DNA of 64,000 nucleotides from an uncultured delta proteobacterium (GCA_963803435.1 CAWDML010000007.1:288001-352000), one strand, 5' to 3'; numbered from the stretch's first letter, positions 19,193-28,936 are shown. The notes: generated by a model from the letters alone, not told the origin. A program made the numbers and translations.

Positions 19193-19208
19193 AGCAACGC
19201 CTGTGCCG
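19193..19208 (-). promoter_or_regulatory. sigma54 -24/-12 promoter
   Basis: CGGCACAGGCGTTGCT; ATG 14 nt after the C. Confidence 0.75.
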
Positions 19209-19321
19209 TGGATCTCTGCGTCCATACGCGTCGACACGAACCCCTCGATCGTTCGACAAGCTCGACTCAGTGTGGCGGGTCCGCGCGTGCAAACGTCGAG
19301 CGAGGATTCTCGAGTCGTCCG

Positions 19322-19337
19322 CGGTCCATTGCTTGCA
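19322..19337 (+). promoter_or_regulatory. sigma54 -24/-12 promoter
   Basis: CGGTCCATTGCTTGCA; ATG 15 nt after the C. Confidence 0.65.
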
Positions 19338-19350
19338 GCCTCTCTGCGCG

Positions 19351-20343
19351 ATGGCCTTCTTCGAAGACAAAGTCGTCGTGGTCACCGGTGCTTCGGCGGG
19401 CGTGGGTCGTGCGCTCGTCCGGGAGCTCGCACGCCGCGGCGCCAAGATCGGCCTCATCGCCCGTGGCACGGACGGCCTGGAGGCTGCCGCAGCAGAGGTG
19501 AGGGACGCGGGCAGCGTCGCCACCGCCGTCTCCGCCGACGTGGCCGATCCGGAGGCCGTCGAGCATGCCGCCCGCCGGATCGAGGACGAGCTGGGACCGA
19601 TCGATGGATGGATCAACAACGCGATGGCCTCCGTCTTTGCGCGCGTCACGGATGTGACCCCAGCCGAGTTCAAGCGCGTCACCGAGGTCACCTACCTGGG
19701 CGCAGTCCACGGTACGCAATCTGCCTTGCGCCGGATGATTCCGCGCAACCGCGGCTTCATCACGCAGATCGGATCCGCGCTGGCGTTTCGAGGCATCCCG
19801 CTTCAGGGTCCCTACTGCGCGGCCAAGCACGCGCTCCAGGGCTTCACGGAGTCACTGCGGACCGAGCTGCTCCACGACCACAGCGAGATCGCGCTCTGCA
19901 TCGTGCACCTACCGGCCGTGAACACACCGCAGTTCGACTGGGTGAAGAGCAAGCTCGAGCGTCGTGCCCAGCCGGTACCGCCCATCTTCGAGCCGGAGGT
20001 GATCGCCGACGGGATCCTGTGGGCGACCGAGGAAGGAAAGCGGCAGCTCCTGCTGGGCATGCCGACGGTCAAGACCGTATGGGGCAGCCGACTCGCGCCC
20101 GCGATCGTCGCGCGGGTGCTGGCAGACAAAGGCTTCGAGCTGCAGCAGACCGATGAGCCCGAAGATCCGACGCGGCCTGACAACCTGTGGGAGCCCGTGC
20201 CTGGCGATCACGGAGCGCGCGGGCGCTTCGAATCGCGCGCCAAGGATCGGTCCTTCGAGCTGTGGCTGGCGAGGAACAAGCGCTGGGTCGGCGCCGGGGC
20301 CCTGGCCGCGTTGGGCACCTTCGCGCTCCTCCACCGGCGTTGA
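19351..20343 (+). CDS. SDR family oxidoreductase
   Basis: TGASAGVG, NNA, YCAAK. Confidence 0.92.
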   Translation: MAFFEDKVVVVTGASAGVGRALVRELARRGAKIGLIARGTDGLEAAAAEVRDAGSVATAVSADVADPEAVEHAARRIEDELGPIDGWINNAMASVFARVTDVTPAEFKRVTEVTYLGAVHGTQSALRRMIPRNRGFITQIGSALAFRGIPLQGPYCAAKHALQGFTESLRTELLHDHSEIALCIVHLPAVNTPQFDWVKSKLERRAQPVPPIFEPEVIADGILWATEEGKRQLLLGMPTVKTVWGSRLAPAIVARVLADKGFELQQTDEPEDPTRPDNLWEPVPGDHGARGRFESRAKDRSFELWLARNKRWVGAGALAALGTFALLHRR

Positions 20344-20425
20344 GACCGCGGGGCGTTTCGGCCGCAGTGTGGCGTCGCACCTCGGCGTGCGGTCCGGTCT
20401 CCCGGACGGCTGACCTCGAGGGCGA

Positions 20426-20441
20426 TGGATCGCCCCTTGCT
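20426..20441 (+). promoter_or_regulatory. sigma54 -24/-12 promoter
   Basis: TGGATCGCCCCTTGCT; implies a start at ATG 20458. Confidence 0.65.
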
Positions 20442-20457
20442 TCGACCTCCGGCCGCG

Positions 20458-22647
20458 ATGACCGAGCTCGTCGACACCTGGCTCCATTATCAGGGCCGCC
20501 CGATGTTCGGCCGTACCTCCCGGTCCGGCCCGCACCCGGATCGCCCGACGATCGTGCTCCTGCACGGGCTGGTCGTGTCGGGGCGCTATCTGGTGCCGCT
20601 CGCCGAAGCGCTCACCGGCAGCTTTGACGTGCACGTCCCGGATCTGCCCGGCTTCGGGCGCTCACCCGGTCCCAAGCAGGCGCAGACCATCGCCGATCTC
20701 GCTGATGCGGTCGTCGGCTGGCTCGACGCCGCGCACCTCCCCGACGCCGTGCTCATCTCGAACTCTTTCGGCTGTCGGATCGCGCTCGAGGTCGCGGCTC
20801 GTCACGCCGATCGTGTCGCGGCGATGGTCATGCAGTCACCTACGGTCGATGCGCGCGCCCGCTCCCCCATGGGCATCCTCCGCCGGCTCGGTCGCGACGC
20901 CGTCCACGAGCCCGCATCGCTGCTGCCGCTGGTCCTCGCCGACTACCTGAAGACCGACAAACGATACGCGCTCGAGACCCTGCGCGTGATCCTCTCCGAT
21001 CCGATCGAGGAGAAGCTGTCGCAGGTGTTCGCGCGAACTTTGATCGTCAGCGGTGAGCGCGATCCGGTCGCACCTCCGGATTGGTGCCGGCGCCTGGCGC
21101 TGGAGTTGCCCGATGGCGAGCACGTCGTGATCGAGGGCGGCTCGCACGCGCTCGTCTACAACGAGCCACGCTCGATGGCGCGCCTGATCCGGCACTTCGC
21201 CCTCGGCGAGCGATTCGCGTCGCATCCGACGGTCCACCTGCTGCTCGAGGATCCGCCGGCGCCCGATTTTCTGGCCAACCTCGACTCAGCTGCCACGATG
21301 GTGCGGGCGGGCCGCCGCGCGCTCCTCGAGGAGGGCTTCGAGGGCTCCGATCTCCCCCCACCGGAACCGCGCCGGAGCTTGATCGGGCGCCTTCACCTGC
21401 GACACCGCGAGCGCCCAGGCATCCGCCCGCGCGAGATGACGGGGATCTCGACCGACGCGTTTCGAAAATGGGTCGTCGACAGCTATCCGTCACGCACGCA
21501 GTCGGCCGTCTTCATTGGCTCGACCAGCGGCGCGATTTCACACCTCGCCGCCGCGATGGGCGTCGCCTGGCTGCCGCAGACCTTCCTGGTCCAGGTGCAG
21601 CGCGGCCGCTCGAACCCCAGCGATCTGGTGGCGGAGATGGAGTGGGGCCGCCGGGTTGCAGCGCCCGTGCTCTCGGCCAACGGCGACCTCTCCCTCGTGC
21701 ATGCGCACGATCCGATCGACGTGGGAGCGGACGCGGGTCGGGTGAGCTCGTTCCGCTTGAAGCTGCGCGAGCTCGGCACGGTCTACCGCACGTTCATCCA
21801 TCGATACCTGGAGACCGGCGGCACCATCTATGTGGTCGACTGCGCGAAGCGTTGGCCGCAGGTGAAGCTCTCCGACCGGCACGCGTTCCAGCCGGGTGGC
21901 CCGGCGGGTCTCTCCCCCGAGGAGCTCATTCAGCCCAGCCCCCGTGCGCTCGAGCTGTTGAAACGGCTCCCCGCCAAGGCAGGGCGGTTCCGCGCGCCCA
22001 GCCCGGACGAGTCCGGACCCGAGGCGGAGTGGGGCTTCGAGCCGGCGATCCTCGACGAGGTCACCGAGCTGGCGGAGCGACGGCAATACCGCGTCGTGCG
22101 GATCCGGTACGACGATCCCGACGACCTGAGCCCGATGGTCGCCGACGTGATCAGCGACTGGTATCGCGACATGGGCTTTCGCGATCACCACCTCCTGGTC
22201 AGCAATGGTCTGCAGATGGATCCGTGGTGGACGATCCGGACCTGCTCGGTCCCGTTCTGGACGGCGCTCCCCGGCGGGGAGGCAGTAGACCGAGTGCGGG
22301 CCTATCTCGCGCGGAGCACGCGCTGGCGGAGCGTGGATCTGATGCTCGGCCCCGACGCCGCGGACCCGGGCGAAGGAGAGCTCCAGCGCTGGCAGGAGGT
22401 GGTTCGCCGGGCCGGCACGGGATCGATCCTCGGTGTCGACGCCGGTGACTCGACCGCGCTCCGGCGACAGGTGGCCCGACGAGAATGGCCGCTGCACCCA
22501 CTCGAGCCGGCCCGCCTCGATCGCTGGCTCCTCGACAAGGCCGACTTCTTTCACGCCGAAGAGCTCACCGTGCCGGCGCGCGACGCGCGCACGCCCGTCA
22601 CGCTGCGGCCCGCCTCGCCGCGTCCGATCTCGGTTCCAGGCTGGTAG
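20458..22647 (+). CDS. alpha/beta hydrolase fused to a ~450 aa domain of unknown function
   Basis: LLHGL, DLPGFGRS, SNSFG nucleophile elbow, GERD, SH; C-terminal domain with WLPQTFL and PEAEWGF. Confidence 0.8.
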   Translation: MTELVDTWLHYQGRPMFGRTSRSGPHPDRPTIVLLHGLVVSGRYLVPLAEALTGSFDVHVPDLPGFGRSPGPKQAQTIADLADAVVGWLDAAHLPDAVLISNSFGCRIALEVAARHADRVAAMVMQSPTVDARARSPMGILRRLGRDAVHEPASLLPLVLADYLKTDKRYALETLRVILSDPIEEKLSQVFARTLIVSGERDPVAPPDWCRRLALELPDGEHVVIEGGSHALVYNEPRSMARLIRHFALGERFASHPTVHLLLEDPPAPDFLANLDSAATMVRAGRRALLEEGFEGSDLPPPEPRRSLIGRLHLRHRERPGIRPREMTGISTDAFRKWVVDSYPSRTQSAVFIGSTSGAISHLAAAMGVAWLPQTFLVQVQRGRSNPSDLVAEMEWGRRVAAPVLSANGDLSLVHAHDPIDVGADAGRVSSFRLKLRELGTVYRTFIHRYLETGGTIYVVDCAKRWPQVKLSDRHAFQPGGPAGLSPEELIQPSPRALELLKRLPAKAGRFRAPSPDESGPEAEWGFEPAILDEVTELAERRQYRVVRIRYDDPDDLSPMVADVISDWYRDMGFRDHHLLVSNGLQMDPWWTIRTCSVPFWTALPGGEAVDRVRAYLARSTRWRSVDLMLGPDAADPGEGELQRWQEVVRRAGTGSILGVDAGDSTALRRQVARREWPLHPLEPARLDRWLLDKADFFHAEELTVPARDARTPVTLRPASPRPISVPGW

Positions 22648-22648
22648 C

Positions 22649-22664
22649 GGGAACACTGCTTGCA
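22649..22664 (+). promoter_or_regulatory. sigma54 -24/-12 promoter
   Basis: GGGAACACTGCTTGCA. Confidence 0.65.
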
Positions 22665-22685
22665 GCTCCCCTGGCCGGAGGCCGC

Positions 22686-23180
22686 ATGCAGGAACGAGCA
22701 CCCACCCACTTTCCCATCGCGATCAGTCGCGACGTTGCGGTCGGCCGACAGCCCGACGAGCGGGAGATCGACGATCTCTCGAAGAGCGGCTTCCGCGCGG
22801 TCGTCAACGTGCGTGGCCCGCACGAGCTGAACCAACCGCTGTCGCCGGCGGACGAAGGTCGCCTCGTCGAGCGAGCCGGCATGGGGTATTTGCATCACCC
22901 CATCACCGTCGCCGATCTGGACGATCGGCTGGTCGACAGCTTCCTGGAGACCATGGCGAAGAATGAGAAGCCCGTAGTGGTCCACTGCGAGAACGGGCTG
23001 CGTGCCGCGCTGCTGGCGCTGATGTACGTGGCCTGTGAGGAGCGGAAGAGCGGAGACTGGGCGCTCACTCGGGCGGAGGAGCTCGGGTTCGAGGTCCGCG
23101 CGCCGCTCCTGCGGACATTCCTCCGCGCCTACGTCGATCGGCACCTTCGGATCCACGGCGCCGTCCGGCGCTCCGCGTAG
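22686..23180 (+). CDS. DUF442/Blh-like phosphatase-fold (sulfurtransferase-like) protein
   Basis: GFRAVVNVR, PVVVHCENGLRA (CX4R loop); GGAGG RBS. Confidence 0.8.
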   Translation: MQERAPTHFPIAISRDVAVGRQPDEREIDDLSKSGFRAVVNVRGPHELNQPLSPADEGRLVERAGMGYLHHPITVADLDDRLVDSFLETMAKNEKPVVVHCENGLRAALLALMYVACEERKSGDWALTRAEELGFEVRAPLLRTFLRAYVDRHLRIHGAVRRSA

Positions 23181-23274
23181 CCCGGGTTTCGACGCACCCG
23201 ACGCCGAGCGCGCGGTTTCGGTTGACAGAACAACCTCTCACGGCCATGCGTGACGTTCCGGGGACGCGCCGCGC

Positions 23275-25188
23275 GTGAACGAGCCTGACCCAGGTCAAGA
23301 CCCATCGAGCCGACTGTCGAGAATTCTGGTTTCGGTGGCGAGTACGATCGCCCGCTATCAAGCGAGCCTCGAACGACTCCGGCAGTCGGCGATCCACACC
23401 AACCAGGCGCTGATCCGAGCCGTGGCGCGCCTCGCGCCCAGCGAGCAGAACCGGATCTTCGGGCTCACGCTGGCGATCGGCGGCGTCTGCGGTCTGGTCG
23501 CCGTGATCTTCCACCTCGCGATCCGCGGCGCCAGCGGGCTCCTGATCCAGCGCGCCCTCAACGCCCCGGGTGACTGGTGGATCCTCTGGACGATCGGGAC
23601 GCCGGCGGCCGGCGGGCTGATCGCCGGAATCATCCTTCACTACCTGGTGCCTCAGGCGCGCGGCAGCGGCGTCCCCCAGGTGAAGCTCGTCTATACGATC
23701 AAGAGCGGCCGGATCCGCTTTCGTGACGTCATCGGCAAGTTCGTCGTCTCGGTCCTCCAGCTCGGCACGGGCGCCTCCCTCGGGCGTGAGGGCCCCACGG
23801 TCCAGATCTGCGCCGGCGTCTCGAGCAGCATCGCCCGTCTATTCGCGCTCTCGCCGATGAATCAGCGGCGCATGCTTCCCGTGGGCGCGGCCGCCGGGAT
23901 CGCCGCCGCCTTCAACGCCCCGATCGCCGCCGTCACGTTCGTGATCGAGGAGCTGGTCGGTGCGCTCGATACCACCGTCCTGAGCGGCGTGGTCGTCGCC
24001 GCCGCCATCGCCGCCGTCGTCGAGCACACCATCCTCGGAGAGCATCCGGTCTTCGAGATCCCGAACGACTACGGCCTCCGTCACGCCTCATCGCTCGTCG
24101 TCTACGCGATCTTGGGACTCTGCGCGGCCGTGGTCTCTCACCTCTTCTCGCGGGGCCTGCTGAGGCTGCGCGGGCACTTCGCCACCACGAAGACGTTCCC
24201 CCCCTGGGCGCGCCCTTCGGTCGGCGGCCTGGTCACCGGCTTCCTCGCGGTGATCGGATTCCTGGCCGTCGGCAAGCACGGCGTCACCGGCGACGGCTAC
24301 GCGACCCTCGCCGAGGCGCTCCACGGCAACCTGTTGATCAGCACGATGATCGTCCTCGGCGTCGCCAAGACGTTCGCGACGATCTTCTCCTATGGGACGG
24401 GCGGCTCCGGTGGTCTGTTCGCGCCTGTGCTCTTCATCGGCGGGATGCTGGGCGGGATCTTCGGTTATCTCGATCACTGGATGTTCGGCCATCCGGATCT
24501 CGACATCGGCGCATTCGCGCTCGTCGGGATGGGCGCCGTCTTCGCGGGCGTCATTCGCGCGCCGATCACGTCCGTGCTCCTCATGTTCGAAATGACCGGA
24601 GGCTACGGGCTGGTGCTCCCGCTGATGGTGGCGAACACGTTCGCGTACATCTTCGCGCGCCAGTGGCAGCACGCAACGATCTACGAGGCGCTCCTCGAGC
24701 AGGACGGCGTCCGGCTGCCCAACACCAGCGAACCCCTCTTGTCGACGCTGCAGGTCGGCGATGCGATGACCTCGTCACCGGTGACGCTGTGCACTGACTG
24801 GACCGTGCGCGAGGCCCGCGAGCGGGTGACGGGGTTGCCGTACGCATCTTTTCCGCTCGTGGATCGCGAAGGTCGGCTGGTGGGTCTGGTGAGCGAAGGG
24901 CGACTCCGCCGAATGGATGCCGAAGGTGCGAACACCACCATGCTTTCGGAGTTTGCGCGGCCCCGCGAGTATCTTCGCCCCTCGGAGTCGCTGCGTCGTG
25001 CGCTCGAAGCGATGAGCCGCCTCGGTGTCCGCCAGATGGCCGTCGTCGCGGACGACGAGCCCAACGCGCTGATCGGCATCCTGGCGATGAGCGACGTGAT
25101 GCGGACGATGATCGGGATCGAGGGCACGCGCCCCGCCCCGCCCCGAACCTCTTCGGTCGGTCCGATCACCGAAGAGATCCGTCCCTGA
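23275..25188 (+). CDS. ClC chloride channel/antiporter with CBS domains
   Basis: GSGVPQV, GREGPTV, GGLFAP, TIY motifs; C-terminal CBS pair. Confidence 0.93.
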   Translation: MNEPDPGQDPSSRLSRILVSVASTIARYQASLERLRQSAIHTNQALIRAVARLAPSEQNRIFGLTLAIGGVCGLVAVIFHLAIRGASGLLIQRALNAPGDWWILWTIGTPAAGGLIAGIILHYLVPQARGSGVPQVKLVYTIKSGRIRFRDVIGKFVVSVLQLGTGASLGREGPTVQICAGVSSSIARLFALSPMNQRRMLPVGAAAGIAAAFNAPIAAVTFVIEELVGALDTTVLSGVVVAAAIAAVVEHTILGEHPVFEIPNDYGLRHASSLVVYAILGLCAAVVSHLFSRGLLRLRGHFATTKTFPPWARPSVGGLVTGFLAVIGFLAVGKHGVTGDGYATLAEALHGNLLISTMIVLGVAKTFATIFSYGTGGSGGLFAPVLFIGGMLGGIFGYLDHWMFGHPDLDIGAFALVGMGAVFAGVIRAPITSVLLMFEMTGGYGLVLPLMVANTFAYIFARQWQHATIYEALLEQDGVRLPNTSEPLLSTLQVGDAMTSSPVTLCTDWTVREARERVTGLPYASFPLVDREGRLVGLVSEGRLRRMDAEGANTTMLSEFARPREYLRPSESLRRALEAMSRLGVRQMAVVADDEPNALIGILAMSDVMRTMIGIEGTRPAPPRTSSVGPITEEIRP

Positions 25189-25259
25189 CAGGGCGCGGCG
25201 AGCCGCCACGGCGTTGCATCTGCGCGCGTGAAGACCTGCGCAGCCGATGGCGACCGGGA

Positions 25260-25275
25260 GGGCACACCCGTTGCA
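25260..25275 (+). promoter_or_regulatory. sigma54 -24/-12 promoter
   Basis: GGGCACACCCGTTGCA. Confidence 0.75.
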
Positions 25276-25304
25276 TCTCGAACTCCGAGGAGGTCCTGAA
25301 CGTC

Positions 25305-25679
25305 GTGACACAGATGAGTACGCAGCAAGAACTCGAGAGCGCTCAGAACGATCGCGCCTTGAAGGAGCGATCGAAGGCGCTCGCCCAGGATGCCGTCGGT
25401 GAGCTGCTCGACCGCGCCAACGATGTCGGCGCCAAGACGATGTCCGCGGTCGGCCATGGCCTCGGCGATCTCGCCCGCCGCATCGAGGGCGAGGTACAAC
25501 CGAACGAGAAGGGCGCCAAGGTCGCACAGTCCATCACCGACGCCGCGCGCTATCTCGAAGAGCGAGACCCAAAGTCCGCGCTGGTCGATCTCGACCATGC
25601 CATCCAGGCGCATCCCTATCGCGCGATCGCCGTATGCCTGGGTGTCGGTTGGCTCGTCGGCCGGATGGCGCGCCGCTGA
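25305..25679 (+). CDS. ElaB/YqjD/DUF883-like tail-anchored protein
   Basis: AARYLEERD...IQAHPYRAIAVCLGVGWLVGRMARR; GAGGAGG RBS. Confidence 0.75.
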   Translation: MTQMSTQQELESAQNDRALKERSKALAQDAVGELLDRANDVGAKTMSAVGHGLGDLARRIEGEVQPNEKGAKVAQSITDAARYLEERDPKSALVDLDHAIQAHPYRAIAVCLGVGWLVGRMARR

Positions 25680-25688
25680 GCCCGGGGA

Positions 25689-26300
25689 TCAGCGCTCGGA
25701 GATCGCGTCCTCGGGCTGCCCGCTCGTCGCTCGAAAGACACCACAGACGGCGCTCTTGCCCTTTGCGTCCACCAGGACGAGCGGATGCCCGAGGACGCCC
25801 CCGAGCGGGAGCAGGTCGGTCGAGAGGTGGCGATCGAAGCGCGCCGCGCCGTCTCGAACGTTATCGATCGAACCGAGGTATCCCGGGCGCTCCATCGCCC
25901 GCGGTCCGGTCAGCCCCGCCGGCGAGAGATCGCGACACGAGCCCTCCTCAGTGAGCAGATAGACGTGGTGGGTCCCCTGCGGGAGCACCGAAGCGATCCG
26001 CAGCGCGATCCCCGCGGCGTCGACCTCGAGCACCGCGGTACCCAGCGCCGGGTGCTCGAGCCCGCCGCGGCTCTCCCGGAGCACCGCGGTCGACACGGTC
26101 AGGTGGTTCGACCGGGCGGCCGCCAGCTGCACCTCATGCTGCGCAATCTCGCTGGCGAGCGCGTCCATCCGGGCGCGCTCGTCGTTCTTCTGGGGCTGGA
26201 CCTCGGCTCGCTCGACACCTGCGCACGCCGGCAGGCCGACCGCGAGGACCAGACCCACGACTCGAAACTCAGGCAGGCAATGGTTGTTGGATGACACCAA
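25689..26300 (-). CDS. lipoprotein with degenerate Cu/Zn-SOD-like C-terminal domain
   Basis: Lipobox LPAC; LPQGTHHVYL..GSC, GYLGSI, LGHPLVL, AVCGVF mirror the SodC layout. Confidence 0.55.
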   Translation of the reverse strand: MVSSNNHCLPEFRVVGLVLAVGLPACAGVERAEVQPQKNDERARMDALASEIAQHEVQLAAARSNHLTVSTAVLRESRGGLEHPALGTAVLEVDAAGIALRIASVLPQGTHHVYLLTEEGSCRDLSPAGLTGPRAMERPGYLGSIDNVRDGAARFDRHLSTDLLPLGGVLGHPLVLVDAKGKSAVCGVFRATSGQPEDAISER

Positions 26301-26775
26301 AGTGTTCCCCTTTTCTCTGCGCGACCACGAGCCCCAACACCAACCCGAAGACTAGGTGCAGCAGGAACCACCAAACCGGTGTGACCATCACCCGTTCGAG
26401 CATGACCTGGTCGATCAGGGGGAGGATGAGGAAGGTCATCGCCGCCCAGACCAATATGGAATATGCGAGCGCTGTCCCGACGATCAGCCCCGAGCCCCAC
26501 TCGGTCGAAATCAGCGCTCCGAAGATTCCACCGACCACCAACGACATGATCACGTGCGCGCTCAATCCGAGCAGCACGGATCCGGTCCCCCCGATCAGGG
26601 CGTCGACACCGAAGAACGCGGCCGCGATGTTCTGCATCGGCAGCCAGAAGCCGAGGCCCTCGACGGCCGAGTGGATCATGGCCGCCGGCGCCATCACGAA
26701 GCCGGCGACGAAGCCCGCGACCGCAGAGGAGGCGATCTTGGCGGCGGTGAGGTTGGGTCGAGTGCGCTCGCTCAT
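26269..26775 (-). CDS. 4-TM membrane protein (DUF1440-like)
   Basis: Four TM helices with His in GLSAHVIMS and LLHLVFG. Confidence 0.7.
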   Translation of the reverse strand: MSERTRPNLTAAKIASSAVAGFVAGFVMAPAAMIHSAVEGLGFWLPMQNIAAAFFGVDALIGGTGSVLLGLSAHVIMSLVVGGIFGALISTEWGSGLIVGTALAYSILVWAAMTFLILPLIDQVMLERVMVTPVWWFLLHLVFGLVLGLVVAQRKGEHFGVIQQPLPA

Positions 26776-26778
26776 GGC

Positions 26779-27294
26779 TCATCTCCTCGCTTCGGCGGTG
26801 CCCTCGACACGGCCGGTCAGGTGCGCGGCGAGCTGCACGTGCTGCTCGAGGATCGGCAGCACCCGGTCGACCATCCGCGCCAGCGGCTGTGGCAGGCTCC
26901 GCCTTGCCCCGGTCACCGTGTCGATCACCTGCACGTGCGCGTGGGTCATGAGACGGAGAAAGTCGTCGTCGAACGCCTGGCCGTGCTCGCCCTCGAGCTC
27001 GGCGAGGCGCTCCCGCAGCCTCCGGTCCTGCGAGGCCTCGCCCGGCGCGGGGCCTACGCCCTCCACATGAAGCTCCGCGGCGAGCTCGAGGACCTGGTCG
27101 TCGGCGTAGCCGTGGTCCATCTCCAGCCTGCGCGCGTACGCGCGAACGTCGTCTCGTTCGGCGTGGGTTCGGGCGAGGGCGGCAGCCTCCATCACCAGGC
27201 CGTTCAACCGGTGCATGTGGCGGAGAACCACCTCCGACTGGTCGCCGGCGACACCGGAGATCATCACCAGACCGATCAGCGGGAGCACGCTCAT
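26779..27294 (-). CDS. DUF4142-domain secreted protein
   Basis: DVRAYARRLEMDH, GQAFDDDFLRLM, LPILEQH; signal peptide from MSVLPL. Confidence 0.8.
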   Translation of the reverse strand: MSVLPLIGLVMISGVAGDQSEVVLRHMHRLNGLVMEAAALARTHAERDDVRAYARRLEMDHGYADDQVLELAAELHVEGVGPAPGEASQDRRLRERLAELEGEHGQAFDDDFLRLMTHAHVQVIDTVTGARRSLPQPLARMVDRVLPILEQHVQLAAHLTGRVEGTAEARR

Positions 27295-27307
27295 AGAAAG
27301 GATGGTT

Positions 27308-27323
27308 CGCAAGAGACACGCCA
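27308..27323 (-). promoter_or_regulatory. sigma54 -24/-12 promoter
   Basis: TGGCGTGTCTCTTGCG; ATG 15 nt after the C. Confidence 0.75.
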
Positions 27324-27434
27324 AGGCGGCGCCGACCCCGTCACTGGCGCGCATGCGGCGTCATCCACGCCACGATGTCCCAAGAGACGCCGTGCGCAAG
27401 AAGACACGCGGGCGCACGAACAGGTGCATGCGCT

Positions 27435-27450
27435 TGGCGCGATGCTTGCC
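27435..27450 (+). promoter_or_regulatory. sigma54 -24/-12 promoter
   Basis: TGGCGCGATGCTTGCC. Confidence 0.75.
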
Positions 27451-27479
27451 GAAGCAGGTAGCTCCGAAAGGAGATTCAA

Positions 27480-28838
27480 TTGCAAAAACTCAGCTTCGAA
27501 CGCGGACGCAAATCACCAGCCGCGCATGCATTGCGAGCCGTCGCTCTCGGCGCGCTCACCTTCGCCGTCGCGTGCGGCTCCGACGACAAACCCAAGGTCG
27601 AGCCTGGATTCGCCAATCTGCGCGCGATCCATCTGGTCCAGGGAGGGCCGGACGTCGACATCGTGCTCGATCAAAGCGAGACCCCCATCAGCGGCCTCGA
27701 ATTCACCGACAGCTCGGACTACCACCAGATCAAGTTCGGAACGTACGCCCTCGAGGTGCGCAACTCGAGCGGGGAGGTCCTGGCGACCACCCAGGTCACG
27801 CTCGACGATCAGCAGAGCTATACGCTCGCGATCTACGGGGCGGCCGACGGCTTCCAGACCCAGCTCTTCCAGGACACCTTCGACATCCCCTCGGGTGAGA
27901 TCAGAGCGCGCCTCTTCAACATGGCCATCGGCCGCGGTTCCATGGCGCTCTACCTCGATGACGACAACAACCCCCGCATGTTGACCCAGGGCGTCGCCTA
28001 CGGTCAGGCGAGCGACCCGGCCGCGCTCGAGGACGGCGACCACACCTTCGGGCTCGACGTGGACCTCGACGGCACCGTCGATGCCACCTACGATCTCCCG
28101 CCGCTGTCGGACGGGACGCTGGCGAACGTCTTCGCGACCTTCGACGAGAACGGCGATCTGGACCTGGTGCTTCAGCTCAACGACGGCTTCACCTGGGACA
28201 TCAACGGCGAAGGTAACATCGGTACCCAGGCGCGCGTCCGCGTGATCCACCTGATCTCCAACGGTCCGGCCGTCACGATCACCGGCGGCGGTGTCACGGT
28301 CGCCTCGGATCTGGCGTTCATGGAGCAGAGCCCCTACGCTGGGATCCCGGCCGGCACGACCGACCTCACGGTGGGCACGAGCTCCGCAGCTGCGCTGGTC
28401 ACCGTCATGAGCGCCCAGCTCGAGTCCGGGCAGAGCTACACGGTCGTCCTCTACGGGAGCGCCGCGATGCCGTCGGCGGAGTTGATCGAGGACAGCTCCA
28501 GCAACATCCCCTCGCAGGATGCGCGCGTGCGCCTGATCCATGCGGCGGTCGACGTGGGTGAGCTCGACTTCTTCGACGTGGTCTCCGGCGCCGAACCGAC
28601 GGCCCTGGCGACCAACCTCAACTTTGGCGACATCAGCGATCCGGTGGACCTGAGCGCAGGAACGCACCGCATCGGCGTCGACATCAACAACGACAACGCC
28701 TTTGACGCCTTCTTCGATACGCCGTCGCTCCAGGCCGGCCAGCTGGCCAACCTGTACGCGATCATGGACAACGGGAGCCCGCGTCTCGTGACCCAGACCG
28801 ACTCTTCGGTCACGCCGGTCAACACCACCATGCCGTGA
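27480..28838 (+). CDS. DUF4397 repeat lipoprotein
   Basis: Lipobox AVAC; repeated (A)xLRxIH...GPxVD modules; AAGGAG RBS before TTG. Confidence 0.8.
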   Translation: MQKLSFERGRKSPAAHALRAVALGALTFAVACGSDDKPKVEPGFANLRAIHLVQGGPDVDIVLDQSETPISGLEFTDSSDYHQIKFGTYALEVRNSSGEVLATTQVTLDDQQSYTLAIYGAADGFQTQLFQDTFDIPSGEIRARLFNMAIGRGSMALYLDDDNNPRMLTQGVAYGQASDPAALEDGDHTFGLDVDLDGTVDATYDLPPLSDGTLANVFATFDENGDLDLVLQLNDGFTWDINGEGNIGTQARVRVIHLISNGPAVTITGGGVTVASDLAFMEQSPYAGIPAGTTDLTVGTSSAAALVTVMSAQLESGQSYTVVLYGSAAMPSAELIEDSSSNIPSQDARVRLIHAAVDVGELDFFDVVSGAEPTALATNLNFGDISDPVDLSAGTHRIGVDINNDNAFDAFFDTPSLQAGQLANLYAIMDNGSPRLVTQTDSSVTPVNTTMP

Positions 28839-28907
28839 CGCCGCGCCCCGGCGGGGCAGCGAGCGGGTGGGCATCGATCAGCGCCCGCTCGCTGCCCGGC
28901 CCCCGCC

Positions 28908-28923
28908 TGGATCGAGCCTTGCG
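28908..28923 (+). promoter_or_regulatory. sigma54 -24/-12 promoter
   Basis: TGGATCGAGCCTTGCG; ATG 15 nt after the C. Confidence 0.7.
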
Positions 28924-28936
28924 TGCCCATCGAGGC

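Noticed and set aside
23222-23250. Sigma70 promoter for the ClC gene (TTGACA)
   Set aside because: Perfect -35 but no convincing -10, so not called. This unit also lacks an obvious sigma54 site.
27357-27372. Alternative minus-strand sigma54 site TGGCGTGGATGACGCC
   Set aside because: Poor -12 box. The 27308-27323 site fits consensus, spacing and the signal-peptide start better.
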